A stretch of DNA of 64,000 nt, from contig CAZWPF010000001.1 in assembly GCA_964636205.1 (NCBI GenBank), positions 21,260 to 85,259 of the forward strand. Direction: 5' to 3'. A program made the translations under genes and the position numbers. Source of the stretch: an uncultured Chitinophagaceae bacterium. Its GTDB lineage: Bacteria; Bacteroidota; Bacteroidia; Chitinophagales; Chitinophagaceae. Of this stretch, positions 28,861 to 37,359 are shown one piece after another. The notes beneath the pieces were generated by a model. The model did no database searches. It was given only the letters and a program-made list of their open reading frames with translations, and had not been told where the DNA came from. Position 1 is the stretch's first letter; every line of letters begins with the position of its first letter.

Positions 28861-29731
28861 ACTGGTATCAGTGGTTATTCCATGTTATAATGGGGCTTCT
28901 TTTATTGGAGAGACTATTGAGTCTGTGCTCAATCAGCAATATGAGCAGTTGGAAATTATTGTTATCGATGATGGATCCACCGATCAGAGTAAGTCTGTGA
29001 TCAATAAATTTCAGGATCCCAGGATTCTGTATTTTTATCAGGAAAATCAAGGAGTATCAGCCGCGAGGAACAAGGGACTCGAGAAAGCGAAAGGAGATTA
29101 CATTGTATTCTTTGATGCCGACGATTTGATGAGCAGCGGCTTTATCCGTTCCAGAGTTAATGCACTAAAAGGAAACACTACCTATCAATTTGTCTGCGGA
29201 CCGCTTCATACGTTTCCGGAAATCGTTCATTTAAAAGGTGCAGTCCGGGACATACCCAGGGAAGTGTTGCATTATCTGCCGGATTTCGGTACATGTCCGT
29301 CTAATTATCTGATAAGAACCTCTATACTCAAAGAGCATAATATCCGGTTCAATGAGTGCCTTTCCAGCACCGCCGACAGGTTTTTCTTTTTACAACTGGA
29401 CAGAGTTGCCAAAGGGTTATACATCGAAGACGCGCCCCTGTTGTATCGAGTGTCGACAGCGAGTATGTCTAACAAGCTGACAATTAATCTTATTAATGAC
29501 AACGAGGAGTTTTTAAATGAATTAGTAATCGCCCAACTTATTCCGGCTAATCTGAAAAAAGTGTTTTATTATAAAATATATTATATTTTGGGAATGGGTT
29601 ATATTCGGACCGGAGCGTCTTTTAAAGGAATGTGGTATTTGATGAAAGCGTTATTAAATAATCCTGTGGCATTTCTAAAGAATATATCTGATCGAATTGA
29701 TTCCAGAAAATTAGGGAACTCCCCTAAATAA
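28850..29731 (+). CDS. GT2-family glycosyltransferase
   Basis: VSVVIPCYNGASFIGETIESVLNQQYEQLEIIVIDDGSTDQS and FFDADD. The start overlaps the upstream stop by 11 nt. Confidence 0.85.
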   Translation: MQDELVSVVIPCYNGASFIGETIESVLNQQYEQLEIIVIDDGSTDQSKSVINKFQDPRILYFYQENQGVSAARNKGLEKAKGDYIVFFDADDLMSSGFIRSRVNALKGNTTYQFVCGPLHTFPEIVHLKGAVRDIPREVLHYLPDFGTCPSNYLIRTSILKEHNIRFNECLSSTADRFFFLQLDRVAKGLYIEDAPLLYRVSTASMSNKLTINLINDNEEFLNELVIAQLIPANLKKVFYYKIYYILGMGYIRTGASFKGMWYLMKALLNNPVAFLKNISDRIDSRKLGNSPK

Positions 29732-29781
29732 TGATGACATAGGTTACTTTTGTGTTCACAATCTCCTGATTATCCTTAGTT

Positions 29782-30714
29782 ATGAATCGCCCTTATTTAT
29801 CCATTGTCAGCCCAATATACAACGCAGAGAAAATTGCCGTCCGGCTGGTCAAAGAGATCACCCGGGTAGCTCAGGATATTACCGATGATTATGAGATCAT
29901 TCTGGTTGAAGATGGTAGCCCAGACAAAAGCTGGAAGGTATTGCAGGAAATTTCTGCAGCAAATCCTAAGGTCAGGAGTATCAAACTGAGTAAGAACTTC
30001 GGTCAGCACTACGCAATCACAGCGGGTTTGGACTTTGCTGAGGGAGAGTGGACAGTGGTGATGGACTGCGATTTGCAGGACCGACCGGAGGAAATTCCGA
30101 GAATGTTGGCCTACGCGAAGGAAAAGGATGCTAAAATTGTACTTGGTCAGCGTAAGCTTCGCAATGATAGTAAGTTAAAAGTGTCGATGTCCAAATTGTT
30201 TTACGGCGTCTTGTCTTATCTTTCCGGCAGTCGTTGGGATCCTACTGTAGCGAATTTCGGACTTTATCATAGGGATGTGGTAAGTGCCATTAAGACACTT
30301 CGGGAACCAATCAGGTTTTTCCCTTCCATGGTGAAATGGGTGGGTTTCCATTGCGTTAAGATGGAGGTGAAGCACCAGGCTAGAGACGAGGGGAAATCGA
30401 ATTATAATTTAAAAAAGCGCCTGAAACTGGCCTTAGATATTATTCTGGCCAATTCCGATAAGCCGCTTCGGATAATCGTAAAAGCCGGATTTTTGATTTC
30501 CTTTATTTCATCTTTAATCGGACTTTTCTATCTGATAAAATATTTTTCCGGTGGGATCCGTGTAATGGGTTATACCAGTTTGATGATTTCAATTTGGCTG
30601 ATCAGCGGTATGACATTCGTAGTTTTGGGTATAATTGGATTGTATATCGGGAAGATTTTTGAATCGGTAAAACACAGACCGATCTATATTGTTGAAGAGA
30701 AGATAAATGTCTAG
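29782..30714 (+). CDS. Polyprenyl-phosphate glycosyltransferase (GtrB/ArnC/DPM1-like GT2)
   Basis: LSIVSPIYNAE...YEIILVEDGSPDKS, LSKNFGQHYAITAGL and MDCDLQDRPEEIP. Two C-terminal TM helices end in GLYIGKIFESVKHRPIYIVEE, the hallmark architecture of this subfamily. Confidence 0.8.
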   Translation: MNRPYLSIVSPIYNAEKIAVRLVKEITRVAQDITDDYEIILVEDGSPDKSWKVLQEISAANPKVRSIKLSKNFGQHYAITAGLDFAEGEWTVVMDCDLQDRPEEIPRMLAYAKEKDAKIVLGQRKLRNDSKLKVSMSKLFYGVLSYLSGSRWDPTVANFGLYHRDVVSAIKTLREPIRFFPSMVKWVGFHCVKMEVKHQARDEGKSNYNLKKRLKLALDIILANSDKPLRIIVKAGFLISFISSLIGLFYLIKYFSGGIRVMGYTSLMISIWLISGMTFVVLGIIGLYIGKIFESVKHRPIYIVEEKINV

Positions 30715-31585
30715 CATGCTGAAGCTCTATTTGATGGGGTTGAAAGGACTGCGTGTCCTGGAAAATATAGTATCCGAATTTGGATCCGAAGTAATTGCTG
30801 CGGTTGTATGTTCCCGAGATACCAGTATCCAAAAGGACTACTACGATGAGATGAGCGAACTTTGCAATAAGCACGGTATTTTATTTTATAATAGAAAGGA
30901 AGAGCAAGCAGTAAATTGTGATTATTCTGTGGCGATTGGATGGAGATGGCTGATTGCAGATTATCAGCGGTTGATTGTTTTTCACGATTCCATTTTGCCT
31001 GCTTACAGAGGATTCAATCCATTGGTAACCGCTCTTATTAAAGGGGATGATAAAATTGGCGTTACCGCTTTGTGGGCGAATGCTGCGTACGACGCAGGTG
31101 ATATTATATTCCAGGCAGCAAGGGAAATCAGTTACCCGATAAAAATTGCAGATGCCATAGAATTGGTAACTACTTGCTACGTGGAATTAGCCTTGAGGGT
31201 TTGCGAGCACATCAAGTCGGGTCAGGTGCTACCGGCAAACCCACAGGATCATTCAGCTGCCAGCTATAGTATCTGGAGAGATAACGAAGATTATCGAATC
31301 AATTGGGATGATTCGGCGGATAATATCTGCAGATTTATTGATGCGGTTGGTTTTCCCTATAACGGCGCAGTGAGTTTCGTCGGCGATGAAGAGGTAAAGA
31401 TATTGGATGCGATGGTAGTTGAAGATTTTCCGATTGTCAATCGTACAGCCGGCAAGGTTTTTCAATTAGGTGAAGATAATTCAGTGGATGTAATCTGTGG
31501 TAAGGGAATGCTCCGACTCACCACCATAAAGGACAAATCGGGGAATGATTTTAAATTAAAAAGTTTGCGTACAAGGTTTAAATAG
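30707..31585 (+). CDS. Formyltransferase-fold protein (Fmt/ArnA-N-like, with an Fmt_C-like C-domain)
   Basis: LIVFHDSILPAYRGFNPL aligns to the Fmt sequence CINVHGSLLPRWRGAAPI, and DAGDII aligns to DTGD. The C-domain NWDDSADNICRFIDAVGFPYNGA resembles the Fmt C-terminal domain. The position of the catalytic Asn is Val. Confidence 0.7.
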   Translation: MSSMLKLYLMGLKGLRVLENIVSEFGSEVIAAVVCSRDTSIQKDYYDEMSELCNKHGILFYNRKEEQAVNCDYSVAIGWRWLIADYQRLIVFHDSILPAYRGFNPLVTALIKGDDKIGVTALWANAAYDAGDIIFQAAREISYPIKIADAIELVTTCYVELALRVCEHIKSGQVLPANPQDHSAASYSIWRDNEDYRINWDDSADNICRFIDAVGFPYNGAVSFVGDEEVKILDAMVVEDFPIVNRTAGKVFQLGEDNSVDVICGKGMLRLTTIKDKSGNDFKLKSLRTRFK

Positions 31586-31602
31586 TAGTCGGGTAAAATA
31601 CC

Positions 31603-32748
31603 ATGAAACAATTTCAGATTCCATTCAACAAGCCCTTTTTAACGGGTAACGAAACCAAATATATTCAGGAAGCAGTTGCCTCCGGTAAGATTTCCGGAGA
31701 CGGCTTATTCACGAAGAAATGCCATGAATATTTTGAAACCAAATTCGGATTTAAAAAAGTTCTGTTGACAACATCCTGCACGGATGCCTTGGAAATGGCA
31801 GCCATTCTGCTCGATATTCAACCCGGCGACGAGGTGATTATCCCTTCATTTACCTTTGTCTCCACGGCAAACGCATTTGCACTTAGAGGTGCGACCATTG
31901 TATTTGCTGACAGCAATCAATTCAATCCGAATATGGATTGTGAAGGACTGGAATCATTAATAACAGAGCGAACCAAGGCAATCGTTCCGGTGCACTATGC
32001 CGGCATCAGCTGTGACATGGGTCGGTTGAAGCAACTGGCAGATAAATACAATCTGTATATTGTTGAAGATGCAGCTCAGGCTATAGATTCCTATTATACA
32101 GACAAGGATGGGAAGAGATATCCGCTGGGTAGTATAGGGCATCTCGCAGCGTTTTCATTTCACGAAACTAAGAATGTAATTTCCGGGGAAGGCGGAATGC
32201 TGGCGATCAACGACGAGCGTTTTAAAACCCGAGCGGAAATTATTCGCGAGAAGGGTACAAACAGAAGCGCATTCTTTAGAGGAGAAGTAGATAAATATGG
32301 TTGGGTAGATATCGGATCATCCTTCCTCCCCTCCGATGTTATTGCAGCATTTTTATATGCACAATTGGAGAATCTGGATACCATTCAACAAAAGAGAAAG
32401 AAAATCTGGGAGCAATACTGGGATGGATTTCAAGATGCTGCGAGAATGGGAAAGTTTAAGCTGCCACAGATCCCAGACTACGCAACCAATAACGGACATA
32501 TGTTCTATCTCGTGATGAACGATCTGGAACAGCGTAATCACTACATTGAGGAATGCAAGAAGAGGAACATCCATTCTGTATTCCACTACATCTCACTGCA
32601 TAAAAGTAGCTTTTATGCAGATAAGCACGACGGCAGAGAACTGCCGATGTCGGATCACTATACAGATTCACTGGTGAGATTGCCTTTTTACTACGATCTG
32701 ACAGAACAAGAAATCGAGTATATTATTTCTTCTATTAATGCTATCTAA
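31603..32748 (+). CDS. wecE: dTDP-4-amino-4,6-dideoxyhexose (WecE-type) PLP aminotransferase, DegT/DnrJ/EryC1 family
   Basis: Long collinear similarity to E. coli WecE as I remember it. Examples: IPFNKPFLTGNE..., LLTTSCTDALEMAAILLDIQPGDEVIIPSFTFVSTANAF, FSFHETKN (the PLP Lys) and IIREKGTNRSAFFRGEVDKYGWVDIGSS. Confidence 0.88.
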   Translation: MKQFQIPFNKPFLTGNETKYIQEAVASGKISGDGLFTKKCHEYFETKFGFKKVLLTTSCTDALEMAAILLDIQPGDEVIIPSFTFVSTANAFALRGATIVFADSNQFNPNMDCEGLESLITERTKAIVPVHYAGISCDMGRLKQLADKYNLYIVEDAAQAIDSYYTDKDGKRYPLGSIGHLAAFSFHETKNVISGEGGMLAINDERFKTRAEIIREKGTNRSAFFRGEVDKYGWVDIGSSFLPSDVIAAFLYAQLENLDTIQQKRKKIWEQYWDGFQDAARMGKFKLPQIPDYATNNGHMFYLVMNDLEQRNHYIEECKKRNIHSVFHYISLHKSSFYADKHDGRELPMSDHYTDSLVRLPFYYDLTEQEIEYIISSINAI

Positions 32749-32751
32749 TTT

Positions 32752-34665
32752 ATGATCGACTTAGCGCTGATTCTTAATAGCTGGTTAGCGATATTATTAC
32801 TTATCGGAGGATTTTATTCAATTGGCTATGTGGTAGGACTCAGCGCGAAAGCTCGGTTTGCCTCTATATGGCAGGCATCTTACGTGCGTGTGCTGCTAGG
32901 AATGGTAGTAACAATCGGACTCTACGCCAGTTTTAAAACGGGAGGGTGGACGATTATGTTACCCCTACCGGTGTTGGCGTGGATCGTCGCTCGAAATCAA
33001 AAGAGTAGTGATGTCGCAATTTCCTGGCCGGTCAAGCAGTTCGTCAAGGTAGGTGTTTTTGTTCTCCTGGCAATCCTAATATTTACTTGTTACTACGGGC
33101 TGCCGTTCATCCCCAGAGACGGTCAATATTTCTATCCTTTTAGTGATATACCCTTCTATGCCCGGATGGCAGAGTATCTGAACTATTTTGGAAATGAGAA
33201 CATGAGGGTAGATTATCTCTATCCCGATCGTCATTCCATAGAGCCTTATCATTATGGGGATATCTGGTTGATCGCTTTTGTCAGCTTCCTCACCGGCATG
33301 AATTCGATTACCGCGGCTATAGTGGTGGCCAATCCTTTATTGGCGGTAGTCTTCACCTTGGGCGGATTGGCTTGTATCGACAGACTGTTTCCTGAAGGTA
33401 AAATCAAAAACCGTTTATTGATAGTCGGGATATTTGTTGGATTCGTTGGGGGATTCTCTGCTCTTATGCCTGGATTCTTGTTTCCCAACCGGGTGGATAC
33501 TTTTGCTTATTCCATAGCAAGCTATCCCAAGTTGTTCTGGTTTGGGTGTATGATTCCGTTTATTCTGCTTGCGGCATATGAGAAAAATATCTTGCAGGTA
33601 TTCACACTTGCGCTAATAGTCGGACTAAGTTTCATAAATGTGTTGCCAACAGTGGTAGCGGGCACAGGATTGTGGATTGTAGGATACTTATTCTTCCAAA
33701 AGCCCGGATGGCGCCCGTTGATAAAATTGGTGTTGATCGGCGTGCCGGTAGGGCTGTTTGTGTTGTTGCTGTATCAATTGGGGAAGAACCCGGAAGGAGT
33801 GACCATTTATAAGAATTCCTATAAAGCGGCGGATATCCGTACTTCTATAAATATTTTTATCGGAAGTGTTTTACAACTTCTGACCTATTCTCCAGCCTTC
33901 ATCATTTTATTGCTTCTTTTTATAAAAAAGGAATTCAGAGCGCGCTTCTCCGGGCAAATCAGTGCGATATGGATGTCGGTTGCTTTGATTGTATCGGGTA
34001 TGGTCTGTTGGGCAGTGCTCAATAGGACCACTGCGGAATCGGTACAGTTCTTCCACAATATGTTTACCGTGGTTTGCGGTTTACTATCATTCTTCGTGTA
34101 CAGCCTGCTAATTTTCTATGGCCGGAAAAGCTATTTGATAGGCACCGGAATAATACTATTATTACTCGCTCTCTATCCAAATCGAAAGTTTGATTTTCAG
34201 ATACGACAGATACCAATCGATGAGCAACAGCAACTGACCGATTTTGTCAAACAAGTGGATCAACCGGTTTTTGCCCATTACAATCTTCCTTCGGAATACA
34301 CTAAAAACTATTTTGCATCCAATACCGTAGTAGCTGTACCGTTTATTAACCTGGCAATGGAAATTCCGAGGTATGCAAATTATTCTTTGAATATACCTTT
34401 TGTTTTATTGGATACTAATTCATTTCAATATCCCTTTATTAAGACTCAAGTAGAGTGGGCTCCCATCTCATATTATATTAGGAAGAATGGATTTGAGGCC
34501 ATGGATCCTGATTCAGTGATGCTACAATTTATGAAGGAGTATAAAATTCCTTTTCTTTGTGTACCTGCTAGGGTTTCTATTCCTGAAAATTTGGCAACCT
34601 TATTCGTAGATTCTCTTTACGCACCAAGTATCGGTTGGACTGTTTATAGGTGCAGTACAAATTAA
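32752..34665 (+). CDS. Uncharacterised polytopic membrane protein (about 12-14 TM plus a roughly 170-aa C-terminal soluble domain); candidate GT-C-like transferase
   Basis: 637 aa with hydrophobic segments throughout the first roughly 470 aa and then a soluble tail (DEQQQLTDFVKQVDQPVF...WTVYRCSTN). Starts 3 nt after the aminotransferase stop. No family recognised by motif. Confidence 0.55.
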   Translation: MIDLALILNSWLAILLLIGGFYSIGYVVGLSAKARFASIWQASYVRVLLGMVVTIGLYASFKTGGWTIMLPLPVLAWIVARNQKSSDVAISWPVKQFVKVGVFVLLAILIFTCYYGLPFIPRDGQYFYPFSDIPFYARMAEYLNYFGNENMRVDYLYPDRHSIEPYHYGDIWLIAFVSFLTGMNSITAAIVVANPLLAVVFTLGGLACIDRLFPEGKIKNRLLIVGIFVGFVGGFSALMPGFLFPNRVDTFAYSIASYPKLFWFGCMIPFILLAAYEKNILQVFTLALIVGLSFINVLPTVVAGTGLWIVGYLFFQKPGWRPLIKLVLIGVPVGLFVLLLYQLGKNPEGVTIYKNSYKAADIRTSINIFIGSVLQLLTYSPAFIILLLLFIKKEFRARFSGQISAIWMSVALIVSGMVCWAVLNRTTAESVQFFHNMFTVVCGLLSFFVYSLLIFYGRKSYLIGTGIILLLLALYPNRKFDFQIRQIPIDEQQQLTDFVKQVDQPVFAHYNLPSEYTKNYFASNTVVAVPFINLAMEIPRYANYSLNIPFVLLDTNSFQYPFIKTQVEWAPISYYIRKNGFEAMDPDSVMLQFMKEYKIPFLCVPARVSIPENLATLFVDSLYAPSIGWTVYRCSTN

Positions 34666-34740
34666 GAGGGGCAGGTTTCGTTCAGCTAATAACATTTGCG
34701 GCTGAATGGATTTACAGGTATAAAAACCGTTAAGGTCGCG

Positions 34741-35832
34741 ATGGGTACTCTAAGATTTTTATTGGCATTAGCGGTAGTGATAGTTCATAGTTCTCCTATC
34801 ATGGGTCTGACGCTATTGCCGGGGCCTGTCGCGGTGAGAGCATTTTATATCATTTCCGGGTTCTTGATCGCCATGGTAATCTCGAGGAAGTATCAATATC
34901 TCGATCGTTCCTATTACTATTTTTTATCCAATCGTTTCTATCGACTATATCCTCTTTACATTACGATAGTCATACTCACGGTTTTGCTGAGCATCGGCTA
35001 TGGTTTATTTTTAGGTGACTGGGGAAAACTGCAGTATTACATCAACCATTATCAAGCCTCGCCACAGAGCCTTCCTTCCCTTATGGTAGTAATGCTGACG
35101 AATTTTACCGTAGTAGGTCAGGATATCATGACCTTCCTGAGCATTGATCCGGACTCGGGTAAGTTGTTGTTTCATCGAATGCAAGACCGGCCGGTACTGC
35201 AAGAATTGTTACTCATCCCAATTGCGTGGACAGTAGCCGTTGAATTTTATTTTTACCTCGTTGCCCCGTTTTTTGTAACAAAGACCATCAAAACTATCCT
35301 CACTATTTTAGTCTCGGTGCTTGTTTTCCGATACATATTAATGGTTACAGGTGCAGCGCCGGATTCCTTTGCAATTTACCGTTTTGCGCCAACTGAAATT
35401 TACTGGTTTTTATTGGGTGTGTTATGTTATCGGCTGCCATTTCCGGCATTTTTGAAATCGAGACAATTTGCCTATGGTGTTTTGGTATTGATGATCGTAT
35501 TTATGGTGGCATACAATCATTTATCCTGGGCAAATGATTGGAAAAATATAATTGTTTACGCAATTACTTTTATTTCCTTACCTGCGCTTTTTGCGCATGT
35601 TTCCAAAATGAGGATCGATAAAAACTTGGGAGAATTGTGTTACCCGATGTACTTGGTTCATGCATTTGTACTTTTGATTGTCGGAGCTAATTCCTTCCCC
35701 AAATCTTGGGGCACAGGAATTCCTACCGTGTTGTTAACCATAATCCTTTCTATTTTGCTTAATAAGTTGCTATTGGTACCAATAGAAAAATGGCGACAAA
35801 AAAGATTGCCGCCATTGAAACAAGCTAATTAA
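34741..35832 (+). CDS. Acyltransferase family 3 (OafA/WecH-like O-acyltransferase)
   Basis: Starts MGTLRFLLALAVVIVHS and has about 10 TM segments, the typical AT3 architecture. I prefer the ATG at 34741 over the TTG at 34696. Confidence 0.8.
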   Translation: MGTLRFLLALAVVIVHSSPIMGLTLLPGPVAVRAFYIISGFLIAMVISRKYQYLDRSYYYFLSNRFYRLYPLYITIVILTVLLSIGYGLFLGDWGKLQYYINHYQASPQSLPSLMVVMLTNFTVVGQDIMTFLSIDPDSGKLLFHRMQDRPVLQELLLIPIAWTVAVEFYFYLVAPFFVTKTIKTILTILVSVLVFRYILMVTGAAPDSFAIYRFAPTEIYWFLLGVLCYRLPFPAFLKSRQFAYGVLVLMIVFMVAYNHLSWANDWKNIIVYAITFISLPALFAHVSKMRIDKNLGELCYPMYLVHAFVLLIVGANSFPKSWGTGIPTVLLTIILSILLNKLLLVPIEKWRQKRLPPLKQAN

Positions 35833-35841
35833 TTTACTATT

Positions 35842-37347
35842 TTATCCGCGTTTGCAGAATTTTTGAATTCTACGAATTACAGCGTCCTTACCAATAATAC
35901 CGGCGATGTCAAATACACCCGGACCAAATTTACCCCCCACTAACATAATTCTGAGCGGTAGCATTACCGAGCCTTTTTTTAAACCACTGGTTTGTAAAAT
36001 ATCGTTGAAACTTTGTTCTGCCGATGTGGCATTGAATTCAGTAATCTGAGCGATTGCATTGATCCAATCGTTAAAAAACTGATTGATGGAATCATTCCAC
36101 TTTTCCATCAGAGCAGCCTCATCCACAGATTCCGGATCGCGGAAGAAGAAATAACTTTGGTCCCAGAAATCGCTCATTAACGAACAACGTTCCTTGATAA
36201 GGGGTACAACCCGGGATAGTATCTCCTCATCTACTGCTCCCGTTTGCTTTTCGATATAGGGTTTCACCAACGGAATCAGTTCGTTATCCGGCGTCTTCAT
36301 CAGATACTGATGATTGAACCATTTAGCCTTTTCATAGTCGAATTTCGCCCCGCCTTTGCTCACGCGCTCCAGCGTAAACACCTCAGCTAGTTCTTCAAGT
36401 GTAAAAAACTCACGATTGTTTTCATCATGCCAACCCAACATCGCCAGCATATTGACAAATGCTTCAGGAAGAAATCCTTTTTCCTTAAATCCTTCCATTG
36501 TTGCTCCGGTAGCATCTGTCCAACTCAACGGAAACACCGGAAATCCTAATCGCTCACCATCTCTTTTGCTGAGCTTACCATTTCCATCAGGTTTCAAAAT
36601 CAAAGGAAGGTGCACCCATTTCGGCATTTTATCTTTCCAGCCAAGGTATTCCCATAAAAGCAGATGTACCGGTGCACTGGGTAGCCATTCTTCTCCGCGG
36701 AATGCATGGGTTATCTCCATCAGATAATCATCCACCACCACAGCCAAGTGATAGGTAGGCATTCCATCTGCTTTGAGTAATACTTTATCATCGACGACCG
36801 AAGTGTCATAACTAATATGTCCGCGAATCAAATCAGTGAAGCTTACAGTTTGACCCGGTTCCATCTTGATCCGAATAACATAAGGTACTCCTTCCTGAAT
36901 CAGCTGGTTTACTTCTGCTTCGGGCAACGCAAGGGAATTGCGCATCTTCATTCTTATGGTATGATCGTATTGCTGATTAGCCTGAGAAGCCCGCATCGCG
37001 TTCAATTCTTCCGGAGTATCGAATGCATAGTAAGCACGGCCGTCGGCAACTAGCTGTTCGGCATATTGAGTATAAATCGTTTTTCGTTCACTTTGGCGAT
37101 ATGGTGCAAAAGGTCCACCTACGGCTGGACTTTCGTCCGGGATAATACCACACCATTCCAGACATTGCAGGATATAGGATTCTGCTCCCGGTACCAGCCT
37201 GGTTTGATCTGTATCTTCAATACGAAGCACAAATTTACCTCCTTTGCTACGTGCAAAAAGATAATTGAATAAAGCGGTGCGAACACCCCCTAAATGCAGT
37301 CCACCGGTAGGACTGGGAGCGAAACGGGTACGTACAATTCTGTTCAT
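35842..37347 (-). CDS. gltX: Glutamate--tRNA ligase
   Basis: RFAPSPTGGLHLGGVRTALFNY (HIGH region), KLSKR (KMSKS) and a length of 501 aa. Confidence 0.95.
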   Translation of the reverse strand: MNRIVRTRFAPSPTGGLHLGGVRTALFNYLFARSKGGKFVLRIEDTDQTRLVPGAESYILQCLEWCGIIPDESPAVGGPFAPYRQSERKTIYTQYAEQLVADGRAYYAFDTPEELNAMRASQANQQYDHTIRMKMRNSLALPEAEVNQLIQEGVPYVIRIKMEPGQTVSFTDLIRGHISYDTSVVDDKVLLKADGMPTYHLAVVVDDYLMEITHAFRGEEWLPSAPVHLLLWEYLGWKDKMPKWVHLPLILKPDGNGKLSKRDGERLGFPVFPLSWTDATGATMEGFKEKGFLPEAFVNMLAMLGWHDENNREFFTLEELAEVFTLERVSKGGAKFDYEKAKWFNHQYLMKTPDNELIPLVKPYIEKQTGAVDEEILSRVVPLIKERCSLMSDFWDQSYFFFRDPESVDEAALMEKWNDSINQFFNDWINAIAQITEFNATSAEQSFNDILQTSGLKKGSVMLPLRIMLVGGKFGPGVFDIAGIIGKDAVIRRIQKFCKRG

Positions 37348-37351
37348 CTTA

Positions 37352-37359
37352 CAAAGGTA
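37352..37359 (-). promoter_or_regulatory. -7 promoter box (TACCTTTG on the minus strand) directly abutting the gltX ATG
   Basis: The plus strand reads CAAAGGTA. Only 4 nt separate the box from the ATG (37347-37345). Confidence 0.45.
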
